A stretch of 64,000 nucleotides of DNA from Thermodesulfobacteriota bacterium (GTDB lineage: Bacteria > Desulfobacterota_D > UBA1144 > Nemesobacterales > Nemesobacteraceae), in assembly GCA_965200595.1 (NCBI GenBank), contig CBDAUE010000002.1:346237-410236 (forward strand). The letters run 5' to 3'. The translations under genes and the position numbers were made by a program. The notes beneath the pieces were generated by a model. The model was not told the DNA's origin. It saw nothing but the letters and a program-made list of their open reading frames with translations, and searched no databases. This document shows, one piece after another, positions 10,276 to 22,683 of this stretch. Numbering within the stretch: the first letter of the stretch is position 1; each line of letters starts with the position of its first letter.

Positions 10276-12990
10276 TCAGGGTGTCTGAGTGCAGATCCCT
10301 TCTTGCGGGATAGTTTTAACCAGCCCTTCGGACTTCTCAGCTTCGGGGTCGTAAAAAATTTCCTTTTCGTTTGCTAAAAATAGTTCTTTCCACAGTGCGT
10401 ATCCCTTTCTGTTCATGTGAAGTCCGTCTTCAGTGAACAGTTCTTCTTTTATCTCTCCATCCTCATTTAGCATGTGGTCGTGGACATTGAGGTAAAAGGT
10501 GTGAGGCTCTGCTGACAGAAACTGTCTTATGAGATTGTTTGACGTCTTTATTCTGTCAAGAAAATGGAATCTTGCAGGGCTCGGTTTTATTGAGATGAAC
10601 GTAAATTTCGTGTGAGGGTAGGATTCTCTGAAACGGTGGTAAAAATCCGCAAACAGATTCAGCACCTGCTTTGGTATGCATCCGTCGCCTATGTCGTTAT
10701 CCCCCGCATAGAAGACCAGGGATTTGACGTCATTGGGTTTTATTACCCGCTCGAAATAGTGCAGACAGTAGGCGATCCTGGCTCCTCCGAAACCAAGATT
10801 CAGGATGTTGTAATCGCAAAAGTCCCTTGCCGCGCCCCTCCAGAGGCGGAAACTTGAACTGCCGTAAAATACGGTCGCGTCATTCTTTTTCCCGACATGG
10901 CGTCTCTGAAGGATTCTTATGTCCTGTTCAAACAGGTTTTTATCGATTGCCGCCGACTCTTTTTGGACCTGCTCGAAGGTTTTTAAATTTATCTTGGCAG
11001 ATTCCACACGCCTTGCGAGTTCTGCTGCCTGCTCAACATATTTTCTGTACTCGTTTCCGTATTCCCTTACGAACTCAAAGAGCCTTTCTTTGTTTCCCTC
11101 CGGGTTTTGTATGTGATCAGATACCCTGAAAGGCTTTTTTATCACCAGGGAGAACACGTTCTGGTTTATTCTTTTGTCAAAGTTCGCCACCGCCACGGGA
11201 ACGATGCAGGGTTCAGGCGAAATGGATGCGGCCAGAAGAAAAGCGCCGAGTTTGAACGGACCGGGTGATTCCTCCGTAGTCATGCTGGCTCCCTCCGGGC
11301 TTATCACTATATTAAATCCTTTCGCTATATGTTCCCTGGCCGTTTCATAGAACTTTTTCCTCCAGGCTTTTCTCTGCTCCGCAGTTCTTGTGGAGGGATC
11401 GGACTCGTCGGTGTAGACATTCATGTGTCCGAGCCTTTCATAGTAGTATGTGTGTCCGTATTCTTCTGCCCTGGGAACGCGTACAACGCGAATTCCCGCT
11501 TCGCCATACCTGGCGTAAAGAACCATCGAACTTATGAAATGGGAATCGAGAGTAATCTGAAAATGGTTGGGAAGGGTGTTATAGGGATGGTTAAGCAGGT
11601 GATTGTATATAAAGATGTGTCCCGGTTTGTCGGGCAGATTCTCCCAGCCTTCGATTACGTGGGGAGTTCTGTTGAAAACTCCCGTGAACTGCCTGGCCGC
11701 CATGGTTCTTACCTCGCTCGGGCAAAGCGACTTGGGCGCTGCGGTCACCGACTGATAAATATTTTTCAGTCCCTCGAAAAAATTATACTCGCTGTAGATT
11801 TTTCCGAGAATATCAAGGCTGAGACGGGACAGTTCCCTCTCAAGGCTTTCACCCTCTTTTTCCAGTCTGAACAGAAGTCTGAAAGCGTCATCTAACGTAA
11901 GCGGGCTGTTTAGCAGATGGGGAAGTTTGTGAATGGAAGAGTTTACGCTCAGCTGCATGGAGTTTTGCTCGATAAGGTTGCTTATAGCCAGTATTTCCCG
12001 TTCGTATCTTTGCGATATGAGTCCCGCGCGGGCATTTCGAAGCCGGATCGACACCAGCCACAAAAGTCTTCTGGCCAGCGCCAGTGCGGAGCCGGGGTTC
12101 CCGTTGAGAATTCTGTGAAAATTGCGGGCGCTTATGTGATAGATAACCGAGTTTCTGCTCGCAACAGCGGTGACGTCGTTTGATCCCGCAGGCACGGCCC
12201 CCATCCATCCGACCAGATATCCCGGCAGGCTGATCAGGTGAAGTGCGGCGGATTCCTCAATTTCTCCCTGCTCCCCGTCAGGAGAGAAACACAGTACAGC
12301 CTTTCCGTAAGCCAGTATGTCTATTCCTTTTGAAGCGTCCCTTTGTTTGAATATGGGTTCGTTGTTCAGATAGTATTTTTTCCGGGTCGCTTTTGCCAGC
12401 TGACGCAGTGTTCTGTCAGGGAAAACCTCGAAAAAAGGAGACTGTCTCAGAAGCTGGAGCGGATTAGGTACGGATATATATTTTCCTTGCTGGGAAAACA
12501 AGCCTGTTCTCCCCGTCTCGATATCCCAGTTGACATTGTTGTATTCTGCAAGTTCGGTTCTGACATGCTCGAGAAGTTTTATGCTTCTGCCGAGAACGAA
12601 CAGCAGGAATTCGCTTCCAAGAAGGGGTTCCTGGTCAAAGAATTTTTCAAGATTCTGATGGCTCCACTTCAGCAGTACGCAGGGTCTCTCACATGTGATT
12701 GTTGTATAGTAGCGTTTTGGGGAGCGGAACCCCGACCAGCCTGCAGGGGTGAATTTTTCATCGCTTTTGCCCACCGAGAATTCATCAGTCCTGTCTTCGA
12801 CGCTGATTGAGAAATTCACCAGCCCCTCTACCAGAAAATAAAAAGAGTGGCTCGGTTCAAACTGTTTGGTGAGAACGTAGCATTGTGGTACTTCTATCAG
12901 TTCGCCTATTTTAAGCAGGAAATCGGTCTTTTCTTTCTCGAAATTCGAAACGAATGGAAGTTCGCTGAATATCTCTTCTTTACCCCGCAT
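10276..12990 (-). CDS. multidomain protein: 2x cNMP-binding + glycerolipid acyltransferase-like + SGNH/GDSL hydrolase
   Basis: Two CAP-like repeats (ELPFVS..FYFLVEG, QSPFFEVF..DILAYGKA); HIFIYNH and SPEG acyltransferase blocks; FYGSSS, GFGG, AGDND and DGLH SGNH blocks. Confidence 0.85.
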   Translation of the reverse strand: MRGKEEIFSELPFVSNFEKEKTDFLLKIGELIEVPQCYVLTKQFEPSHSFYFLVEGLVNFSISVEDRTDEFSVGKSDEKFTPAGWSGFRSPKRYYTTITCERPCVLLKWSHQNLEKFFDQEPLLGSEFLLFVLGRSIKLLEHVRTELAEYNNVNWDIETGRTGLFSQQGKYISVPNPLQLLRQSPFFEVFPDRTLRQLAKATRKKYYLNNEPIFKQRDASKGIDILAYGKAVLCFSPDGEQGEIEESAALHLISLPGYLVGWMGAVPAGSNDVTAVASRNSVIYHISARNFHRILNGNPGSALALARRLLWLVSIRLRNARAGLISQRYEREILAISNLIEQNSMQLSVNSSIHKLPHLLNSPLTLDDAFRLLFRLEKEGESLERELSRLSLDILGKIYSEYNFFEGLKNIYQSVTAAPKSLCPSEVRTMAARQFTGVFNRTPHVIEGWENLPDKPGHIFIYNHLLNHPYNTLPNHFQITLDSHFISSMVLYARYGEAGIRVVRVPRAEEYGHTYYYERLGHMNVYTDESDPSTRTAEQRKAWRKKFYETAREHIAKGFNIVISPEGASMTTEESPGPFKLGAFLLAASISPEPCIVPVAVANFDKRINQNVFSLVIKKPFRVSDHIQNPEGNKERLFEFVREYGNEYRKYVEQAAELARRVESAKINLKTFEQVQKESAAIDKNLFEQDIRILQRRHVGKKNDATVFYGSSSFRLWRGAARDFCDYNILNLGFGGARIAYCLHYFERVIKPNDVKSLVFYAGDNDIGDGCIPKQVLNLFADFYHRFRESYPHTKFTFISIKPSPARFHFLDRIKTSNNLIRQFLSAEPHTFYLNVHDHMLNEDGEIKEELFTEDGLHMNRKGYALWKELFLANEKEIFYDPEAEKSEGLVKTIPQEGICTQTP

Positions 12991-13042
12991 AAAAACAAAT
13001 CATACCTTTTTTGCTGGCATAATTATGTTTTATCCCAGGAAC

Positions 13043-14989
13043 GAGGCATTTGCGTAGTAGGGGGTTTTGAGATTTTTGGAAGCACACAGCGGAAGGGAGG
13101 GGAGGGTATTCCGGCAATTTCAAAGCCGAGTTGTCTGATTCAGGCTGATTCAGACACAACTCAGCACCAATTTCACCCAGGAATCGCTGTTCTGCCCGGG
13201 TGCGGACGCAGCAGTCCACACAAGGTTGAATTCCGTTTAAATTTTCTGGTGAATAATTTAAAGAAGGACTATCCGGTATCGGCATAAAACCCCGACACAA
13301 GGGATCTGATACGCTCCGTTCTGCCAGCCTTTGCGTGACCCACCGCAAGAGCCATTATCACTGCAATCGCCATACCCGCTCTGAAGGCCATCTTCGCCTT
13401 GCCCCTGATATAGTGCTTCTCAAACCTGAAGCTGCCCCCCATGCGTGAGTTTAAACGCTCAATGGCAGTTCGCTTTCTGTAAGCCCGGTTCCATGACGGA
13501 CTGCCGTGCCGCGCGGGAGTAAAAATACGACGGTCACGCTCAAGAGACACCCGCACCACCCTGCCGTAACCATTGGTCTTTTTGCCCGCGTCACTGTGAC
13601 ACTTCTTCCAGCCCTTGCAGTCAAGATTGTACTCGGCGGCCGCCGGACAGCGGAACTTCAAAGTGCCTCTTTTCTTCTCAAGCCCGTAAGAAGCCATCCT
13701 GCGCTCCTTGCCGCTTAGCGGACAGCGACACCATATCTGTCCCGTCTCAGTATAAAGAATGTTGTCGTGCACACTGTTAAGAGGTCTCATGATCCTCTGC
13801 CCCGGAACATAGCTCTGCCCCTGCTTTTCCTCCCTCCACAGCCGCCTGATGTCTATAATCGGGCTGATCCTGTAATCATCCCACAGCTTGGCTTTGAGCG
13901 GACCGCTGTCAAGCCCCCTGTCAGCAGTGAAGTACTTGCACCGCCCGGCAAGCTCGGAGTTATTGCCGAACAAACTGTCAGCCATCCGTTCACACTGTTT
14001 TATTTCGCTTGTCGAGGCTTCGGTCAGACTGAACGCAACCGGTATCTCATACTCGGTGTCGGCAATGATATGAAGCCGGTAGCCAAACCATTTTTTTACC
14101 TTGCTCCATTCCCTGCCGTCAGAATCAACTCCTCGGTACTTGTGCACGCCCCAGTTCGCGTCGGGATCAGACTTTTTGCCTGCCCTGCGGTTTGTTCTGC
14201 CTGTTGAATGACTCTTTATCGCCTTGCCGTCATAACCGAGGTGCTTGCCGAATTCGGGAAGCACCTCCATGAGCTCTTTGCACAGATGATTGTTTATCAT
14301 CTCCGATACCAGACCCTGCTGCAGGTCGAGCTTTGCAAGGTTTGCAAGGAACCCGGAGAAGTTATAACTGCGGGGAGCAGAACTGCGAGACTCAAAATCT
14401 GTAATCTTGACCACGCCGCCGGGTTCAACCTCATACCTGTCACGTCTCTGCATAGGCACCGTGGAGAATCCGCAGACGGCAAGCAGAGATGAATTGCGGT
14501 TAAGCTCCCGGATTAAAGACTCTATGGATTCGTGCCCGAACACTATCCCCGCCACAAAGGCCCTCCACATCGCAGATACCGGGTACTGGTTGCGTCCGTT
14601 TTTGCGCATACACTCAAGAGCCCGGATGATATGGGCGTCGGGCAGGCTGTCAAGAACCATCTGAAGACGGTTAAAATCCGATGCTCTATCGACTTGGTCC
14701 CAGCTGAAAGGTAGATTAAATTGTGTCGCCATGGGTTTGCTCCTTTTTTAAGGTTGGTATGCCTTTAATTATAACCCATGGCGACCACTTAATCAGGTGA
14801 TATCAGTAAGTTATCTGCTATTTTCCTTAAGTTTTTCAACGCAGATTACGGCTTGGGGTGGAATTTGCGGTCCTTGACCAGAATCAGTCGTTTTTTAGGG
14901 GTTTTTACCAAGATTCTGGGGTGAAAAGTTTTTTCACCCCTCCTTATACCCCTGCCCCGTATGGCTATCCTTTACTACGCAAATGCCTC
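13043..14989 (-). mobile_element. complete 1947-bp DDE insertion sequence (IS5/IS1182-like)
   Basis: Perfect 17-bp IRs GAGGCATTTGCGTAGTA; 6-bp target duplication AGGAAC at 13037-13042 and 14990-14995. Confidence 0.93.
13269..14732 (-). CDS. DDE transposase, 487 aa
   Basis: YDGKAI, DPDANWG, WFGYRLH, ADRGLD, YRKRTAIERLN motifs. Confidence 0.93.
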   Translation of the reverse strand: MATQFNLPFSWDQVDRASDFNRLQMVLDSLPDAHIIRALECMRKNGRNQYPVSAMWRAFVAGIVFGHESIESLIRELNRNSSLLAVCGFSTVPMQRRDRYEVEPGGVVKITDFESRSSAPRSYNFSGFLANLAKLDLQQGLVSEMINNHLCKELMEVLPEFGKHLGYDGKAIKSHSTGRTNRRAGKKSDPDANWGVHKYRGVDSDGREWSKVKKWFGYRLHIIADTEYEIPVAFSLTEASTSEIKQCERMADSLFGNNSELAGRCKYFTADRGLDSGPLKAKLWDDYRISPIIDIRRLWREEKQGQSYVPGQRIMRPLNSVHDNILYTETGQIWCRCPLSGKERRMASYGLEKKRGTLKFRCPAAAEYNLDCKGWKKCHSDAGKKTNGYGRVVRVSLERDRRIFTPARHGSPSWNRAYRKRTAIERLNSRMGGSFRFEKHYIRGKAKMAFRAGMAIAVIMALAVGHAKAGRTERIRSLVSGFYADTG

Positions 14990-15085
14990 AGGAACCCGGC
15001 TAAGATCAAAGGGTTTTCGCAATTCTGTTAAAAATAATTTACGCTGTTTGAAAGAGTCAAAGAAAATTCTTCCAAGGAGACTCAA

Positions 15086-15388
15086 GTGATAAAACATATA
15101 GTGATGTGGAAACTCAAAGACTCGCATGAGGGGATGAGCAAGGATCAGCTAATTGCCAAGATCAAGCAGGAGCTAGAGGGACTGAAAAGCGCCATTCCCG
15201 AGATAAGGACTATGGAGCTTGGCCAGAATTTTAATGAGCTTCCAGTCGCGTTCGATGTGGCACTCTATTCGGAATTCGACTCAAAGGAAGATCTCGAAAT
15301 CTACCAGAAGCATCCCGAACATGTGAAGGTTGCGAAGTTTATCCGCCAGATAAGAACGGATGTGGCTCTGGCCGACTACGAAACGTGA
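15086..15388 (+). CDS. Dabb (stress-responsive A/B barrel) family protein
   Basis: MIKHIVMWKLK, FDVALYSEF, YQKHPEH. Confidence 0.88.
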   Translation: MIKHIVMWKLKDSHEGMSKDQLIAKIKQELEGLKSAIPEIRTMELGQNFNELPVAFDVALYSEFDSKEDLEIYQKHPEHVKVAKFIRQIRTDVALADYET

Positions 15389-16395
15389 CTTGTCCGGCTC
15401 CGTCTGGCGGTTGAATAAGGGGATATGTCAAGTGCGGATATCATGTTGTCTGCGTACATGTGGTAACCGAGTGTGGCTATCATTGCTGCGTTGTCGGTGC
15501 AAAGAGCTGGCTTGGGTATAAAAACATTTATCCCTTCCCCTGTTATTCTCTCCTTGCTCAGCTGCCTTAACCTTGAGTTGCAGGCTACTCCGCCTGCTAG
15601 AACGACGCTTCGCACTCTGTTTTTTCTCGCGGCGTTAAGCGTTTTGTCAACAAGGGTTTCCACTATGGCTTCCTGATACCCGGCACATACGTCGAACAGA
15701 TTCTCTTCGCTTTTGACCGGGTTTTTCCTTATGTGGTTGAGAAGAGCGGTTTTAAGACCGCTGAAGCTGAAATCATGGGATTCATTTTTAAACGGTCTTG
15801 GGAAACTGATAGCGTCGGGGTCGCCGTTTTTTGAAAGCCTGTCTATTTCGATTCCTCCGGGATAACCGAGCCCGAGGGCCTTTGCTCCTTTGTCAAACGC
15901 CTCACCCGCAGCATCGTCTCTAGTGCTTCCGAGCAGTTCAAATTCAAGAAATCCCCTTACCATGTAAAGATTCGTGTGTCCTCCGGAGACTATGAGTGCA
16001 ACAAAAGGGAAATCGATATCGTTTTCCAGATGCGCCACTGCTATATGCGATTCCAGATGGTTTACTCCGACAAGAGGTTTTTCGTGGGAAAACGCAAGCG
16101 CCTTCGCCGTAGAGATTCCGACCATAAGCGAGCCTATGAGTCCGGGTCCCTGGGTCGCCGCTATGGCGTCGACTTCCCCTGCTGATGTCCCGGCAGTCTT
16201 GAGGGCCTGGTTTATTACCTGGATGATTATTTCCGTGTGCATGCGTGATGCTATCTCCGGGACAACCCCTCCGAAAGCGTTATGAACGTCAATTTGCGAG
16301 GAAACAACGTTTGATAGCATCTGTTTTCCGTTTCTTACGACCGCTGCCGATGTTTCGTCGCATGATGTTTCGATACCCAAAATGAGATGAGACAT
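15376..16395 (-). CDS. tsaD: tRNA N6-threonylcarbamoyladenosine synthase TsaD
   Basis: LGIETSCDET, GGVVPE, HLESH, SGGHT, DDAAGEAFDK, TDNAAMI; probable ATG at 16395. Confidence 0.97.
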   Translation of the reverse strand: MSHLILGIETSCDETSAAVVRNGKQMLSNVVSSQIDVHNAFGGVVPEIASRMHTEIIIQVINQALKTAGTSAGEVDAIAATQGPGLIGSLMVGISTAKALAFSHEKPLVGVNHLESHIAVAHLENDIDFPFVALIVSGGHTNLYMVRGFLEFELLGSTRDDAAGEAFDKGAKALGLGYPGGIEIDRLSKNGDPDAISFPRPFKNESHDFSFSGLKTALLNHIRKNPVKSEENLFDVCAGYQEAIVETLVDKTLNAARKNRVRSVVLAGGVACNSRLRQLSKERITGEGINVFIPKPALCTDNAAMIATLGYHMYADNMISALDISPYSTARRSRTSHVS

Positions 16396-16556
16396 AAATC
16401 GAACCTCTCCGATGAACTGGCTGATAACTTTACCCAAGTGCCAGATTTAGTGAACTGCGTGCAAGGCGGGAGTTTCTGTCCTGTGCTTTTTCATGCGAAT
16501 ATGTTCCGGTTAACATTCGGTTGGCTTTGAGTATTTCTGCAGACAAGGAGGTTGTG

Positions 16557-17798
16557 ATGCCGGGGACTTTCAGGGGACTGATTCCGTGTCTTTTTATTTT
16601 TCTTTCGTTCGGCTGCGGTTTCGGGGAAAAGAGCGCTCAGGACGGGGGCGTTGAAGTCCCGTCAGAATCGATTCCTCGGGAAACTTCTGCAGAGAATGTG
16701 CCTGCTCAAACTGCCGTGGAGCCTGTACCCGCGAAGATTCCTGCAGATCCGATGCTCTCACGCATATCCCTTCCCGAGGGGTTTTCGATCTCCCTTTATT
16801 CAAATCAGGTGCCTGGCGCGCGTTCGCTTGCCCTTGGAGCCGAGGGCACTTTGTTTGTCGGCACCAGATCCAAAACAGTGTATGCCCTTAGTGACAAAGA
16901 TGGCGACAACTACGCCGAAACTGTCCATATAATTTCTGACAGCCTTAATGTTCCAAACGGCGTTGCGTTTCGGGACGGGGATCTTTATGTTGCGGAAATA
17001 AGCCGGATTCTGCGCTATGACGGTATTGAGAACCGTCTCTCATTTTCTCCTCGACCCGCACTTGTGATTGACACGTTCCCCGCAGATGCTCATCACGGGT
17101 GGAAGTTTATCAGGTTCGGCCCGGACGGAAAACTCTATGTTCCGGTCGGAGCGCCGTGCAACGTCTGCACCAGGGACGACGAGCGCTATGCCGCGATCCT
17201 CAGAGCTGATCCCGACGGGAGGAATCTTGAGGTTTTCGCTCGCGGAGTCAGAAACACTGTGGGTTTTGACTGGCATCCGGAATCTGATGTGCTCTGGTTT
17301 ACCGATAACGGAAGGGATAACATCAGCAGGGACCGGCAGATTAACGACAACAGTCCTCCGGACGAACTTAACCGCGCCGGATCAGCCGGACTTCATTTCG
17401 GTTTTCCTTACTGTCACGGAAAGAACATTCAGGATCCGCAGTTCGGTTCGAAACGCAGCTGCAGTGAATTTGCCTCTCCCCAGTGGGAACTTCCCGCACA
17501 TGTCGCGGCGCTTGGCATGCGGTTCTATACGGGTTCCATGTTTCCCGCGTCCTGGAAAAACGTTATTTTTATTGCAGAGCACGGCTCGTGGAACAGAAGC
17601 GTGCCGGTGGGTTACAGGGTGAGCGCTGTGCGCCTGGATGAATCGGGCAATGCCGTTTCATACGATGTGTTCGCGCACGGCTGGCTTGGCAGTGACGGAA
17701 CCGCCTGGGGAAGGCCCGTTGACATACTTGTCGCTCCCGACGGAGCGCTGCTGGTATCAGATGACCTCAGGGGAGCTGTTTACAGAATTTCCCGTTAG
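16557..17798 (+). CDS. PQQ-dependent sugar / sorbosone dehydrogenase family lipoprotein
   Basis: LSFGC lipobox-like; HHGWKFIRFGPDG, GAPCNVC, RNTVGFDW, EHGSWNR, GRPVD. Confidence 0.88.
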   Translation: MPGTFRGLIPCLFIFLSFGCGFGEKSAQDGGVEVPSESIPRETSAENVPAQTAVEPVPAKIPADPMLSRISLPEGFSISLYSNQVPGARSLALGAEGTLFVGTRSKTVYALSDKDGDNYAETVHIISDSLNVPNGVAFRDGDLYVAEISRILRYDGIENRLSFSPRPALVIDTFPADAHHGWKFIRFGPDGKLYVPVGAPCNVCTRDDERYAAILRADPDGRNLEVFARGVRNTVGFDWHPESDVLWFTDNGRDNISRDRQINDNSPPDELNRAGSAGLHFGFPYCHGKNIQDPQFGSKRSCSEFASPQWELPAHVAALGMRFYTGSMFPASWKNVIFIAEHGSWNRSVPVGYRVSAVRLDESGNAVSYDVFAHGWLGSDGTAWGRPVDILVAPDGALLVSDDLRGAVYRISR

Positions 17799-17859
17799 CA
17801 GATCATACAATCGCCGAGGCGTTTTTATTGCCCGAACTTATTTGTAAATGAACCTGTAA

Positions 17860-19791
<1,932 letters not shown>

Positions 19792-19840
19792 GCTTGACGG
19801 CAGTAATTTATAAGTCCCTCTGGCCTAGTTTTGGCTCAGT

Positions 19841-20347
19841 CTAGTAGTAAAAAATGCATGATCTGTCTGGGAAGGTTTTTTTTTGTTCTGTCCTTCTCAA
19901 TTCCTCTTTATCCATTATTAATTTTTCCGCTATTTCGCTATTGATTGCGTAGTATGGGTAGTGGTGATATATATAGCGTATAAGATTATTGCCCTTGAGG
20001 CTTTTATATTTGTCTTTAAACAAAGTAAGATTTTTACGGTCTTTAGTTGTAATTTGTGCTGAATAACTACCTCTATCAGCCAGTTCCCAGCATTCCCCGT
20101 CCTTTATAATTCCAATGTTTGTGAGTTTTTTTAGGTCAGCGTTAGACTGAAAGGAAAAACAACCGAATTTGTATGGAATAAATTCATAGTTTTTCTTCTG
20201 CTGGTATTCTTGGGTGAACAGAAAAAGGTATTTTTGCAGGTCAGCCTTCCTCAGTCGTCCATCAAACACCTCAAGCAAAGCTAAGAGAATCTTCTGGCGG
20301 TAATACAACGATTTTTTCTCTCGGTTTTCATTTCCTCTTCCTTGCAT
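19841..20347 (-). pseudogene. truncated DUF488-type two-domain protein (N-terminal domain only)
   Basis: RQKILLALL...LQKYLFL...FIPYKFGCFSF. After an A9 run the other frame reads KPSQTDHAFFT, like the start of a DUF488 FTIGY motif, then breaks. Confidence 0.65.
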
Positions 20348-20437
20348 AAGTTATAGATAATAATGCTGAAAATGCGGGGATCCTTACAAAAATAAGGTTT
20401 TTTATCTGTGTATCAGTGAGAAGATATACCAAAGCCG

Positions 20438-20623
20438 TTATCTAATCTCATTCTCGACATCCAAAATACTTTTTTTCAGGTCCCCATAGCAACACTTGCG
20501 TGGTGAGAGGTTTTCAAGAGAACTCAGGCGAATGGTTCTTTGCTTTTTGCATTTCTGGTCAAGGGTTTTCGTTGGAATGACGTAAAAGTCCCATTCATTT
20601 ATATCAAGGGTGGCAAGAGTGTT
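20438..20623 (-). pseudogene. C-terminal half of nuclease-like gene split by the IS3 composite
   Basis: NTLATLDINEWDFYVIPT... continues in frame from 25871-26284 once the GTT duplication is removed. Confidence 0.88.
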
Positions 20624-21944
20624 AGAAGTGGACCCCAAAAATCAGACAGCACCTTAAGTGTATTTCCTTGGTATTCTAAAGGAGTATACAGGAGGTACAT
20701 AATGAAGAGTAAAAGACGTAATCATTCACCGCAGTTCAAGGCAAAGGTAGCGTTTTTGGCGGTAAAAGGAGACAAGACAGTAGCGGAGCTTGCCCGGCAG
20801 TTTGAGGTTCATCCCAATCAGATAAGCATGTGGAAGAAGAAGCAGCTCGGCAACGCCGCGGACAAAGTGTTCGGCCAGGGGGCGGGCAGCAAGGCGGCGG
20901 GCGAGAGCAAGTACGTAAACCAGCTTGAATCCAAGGTGGGCCAGCTGACGCTGGAGAACGATTTTTTATCAAAGGCGCTCGGTCGGCAGCGGCGCAAGAA
21001 GTTGGTAGTGCGCGGCCGGGCACTTTCTTTGGTAAGGCAGTGCAAACTGCTGGATATAAATCGCTCAAATATTTACTACAAACCTGTGGGGGTATCCCCG
21101 CAGGACGAAGAGATTATGAAGAAGATTGACAGGATCTACATTAAGTATCCGTTTAAGGGTTCAAGAAGGATGGTGTACGCCCTTAAGGCACAGGGCGTAC
21201 AGGTGGGCAGAAAGCGTGTTATGAGGCTTATGGGGATACGAGGGCTTGCTCCCGGCCCCCAGACTACAAAGAAAGGGGGAGCAGAGCACAGGATATACCC
21301 GTATCTGCTGCGGGGGAAGACTGTAGAGCTTCCCGGGCAGGTATGGGCGGCAGACATAACGTATATAGAGATGAGCAGGGGTTTTGTGTATCTGTGTGCG
21401 GTAATGGACTGGCACTCGCGCAAGGTTCTTAGCTGGAGAGTGTCTAACACAATGGACAGCAGTTTTTGCGTGGAGGCTCTGGAAGAAGCGCTTTACAAGT
21501 ATGATAAGCCCGAGATATTCAACACCGATCAAGGAAGCCAGTTCACAAGTGAAGAGTTTACGGGAGTTCTTAAAGACAGAGATATAAAGATAAGCATGGA
21601 CGGCAAGGGAAGCTGGAGAGACAATGTTTTTGTGGAGAGGCTTTGGAGAAGTGTTAAGTACGAGGAAGTGTATCTGATGGCATATGAATCCGTTGCCTCG
21701 GCAAAGGCTGGTATAGGGAAGTGGATAGATTTTTACAATGAAAAAAGACCACATCAGGGGCTTGGAATGAAAACACCGGATGAGGTTTACTATGGTCTTG
21801 GGACAGCACAGAAGAATGTGGCTTGAAGCAATGAGACAAACAGAGCAGAGAGTTTATGGTTTTGGGAGTCTTAAAGATGGTTATGCGTTGGTGGGAATAC
21901 ACTTAAGAAAACAAAAATGCTGTCTAAAAAAGGGGACCACCTCT
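20624..21944 (+). mobile_element. IS3-family element copy 1 (1321 bp); transposase 20702-21826
   Basis: Imperfect IRs AGAAGTGGACCCC / GGGGACCACCTCT; HTH plus WAADITY, NTDQGSQF, VERLWRSVK integrase core. Confidence 0.96.
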
Positions 21945-22205
21945 CTTTTTCTATTTTATTGACCGTCCCTTTTTGTCGCCCCTGGCGACTTCTAGAGATA
22001 AAAAAGTTTCCGACACAAAATCTCCTTGAGTGCGCGTTTTTGGTTTAGCCTTTTAATCCGCCAAAGATGGAAAGAACGCCCCGCTTAAATTGAAAGCCGG
22101 AAACAAGCGCAAACGGGCGCGACCTCTTTAGAGGTTGCGGAAATATGCTACAATATCGTTTATAATCGGTTCAACTGAAGAACCATCATCACCGGTATTT
22201 ATTCT

Positions 22206-22661
22206 ATGGAAATACTTGTCATCAACGGTCCGAACCTCAACATGCTGGGCAGGAGAGAGCCTGAGATTTACGGAAGCCTTACTCTCTCTGAGATTGAATC
22301 TTCTCTTTCTTCAAATGTTGATTCGCTGGGGGGAGATGTCGGACTTTCCTTCTTTCAGTCAAATTCAGAAGGGGAGATAGTCACCGCTGTACAGAATGCC
22401 TACGGGAAGTTTGACGGAATAATTATAAACCCCGGCGCCTATACCCATACAAGCGTAGCCATAAGGGACGCCATACTCTCAACCGGAATGCCTGTTGTGG
22501 AAGTTCATATTTCCAACATATACAAAAGGGAGGACTTCAGACAGAAATCGTTTATCTCGGGAGTATCGCTCGGTGTTGTATCGGGCTTCGGGGCGCACAG
22601 TTATTACCTCGGGCTTTTGGGACTCGTTGAACACCTGAGCAAACAAAGCGTCTCTTCCTGA
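22206..22661 (+). CDS. aroQ: type II 3-dehydroquinate dehydratase
   Basis: [38 protein letters not shown]. Confidence 0.97.
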   Translation: MEILVINGPNLNMLGRREPEIYGSLTLSEIESSLSSNVDSLGGDVGLSFFQSNSEGEIVTAVQNAYGKFDGIIINPGAYTHTSVAIRDAILSTGMPVVEVHISNIYKREDFRQKSFISGVSLGVVSGFGAHSYYLGLLGLVEHLSKQSVSS

Positions 22662-22683
22662 ATTCCTCCCCGCGGGATTCTTT

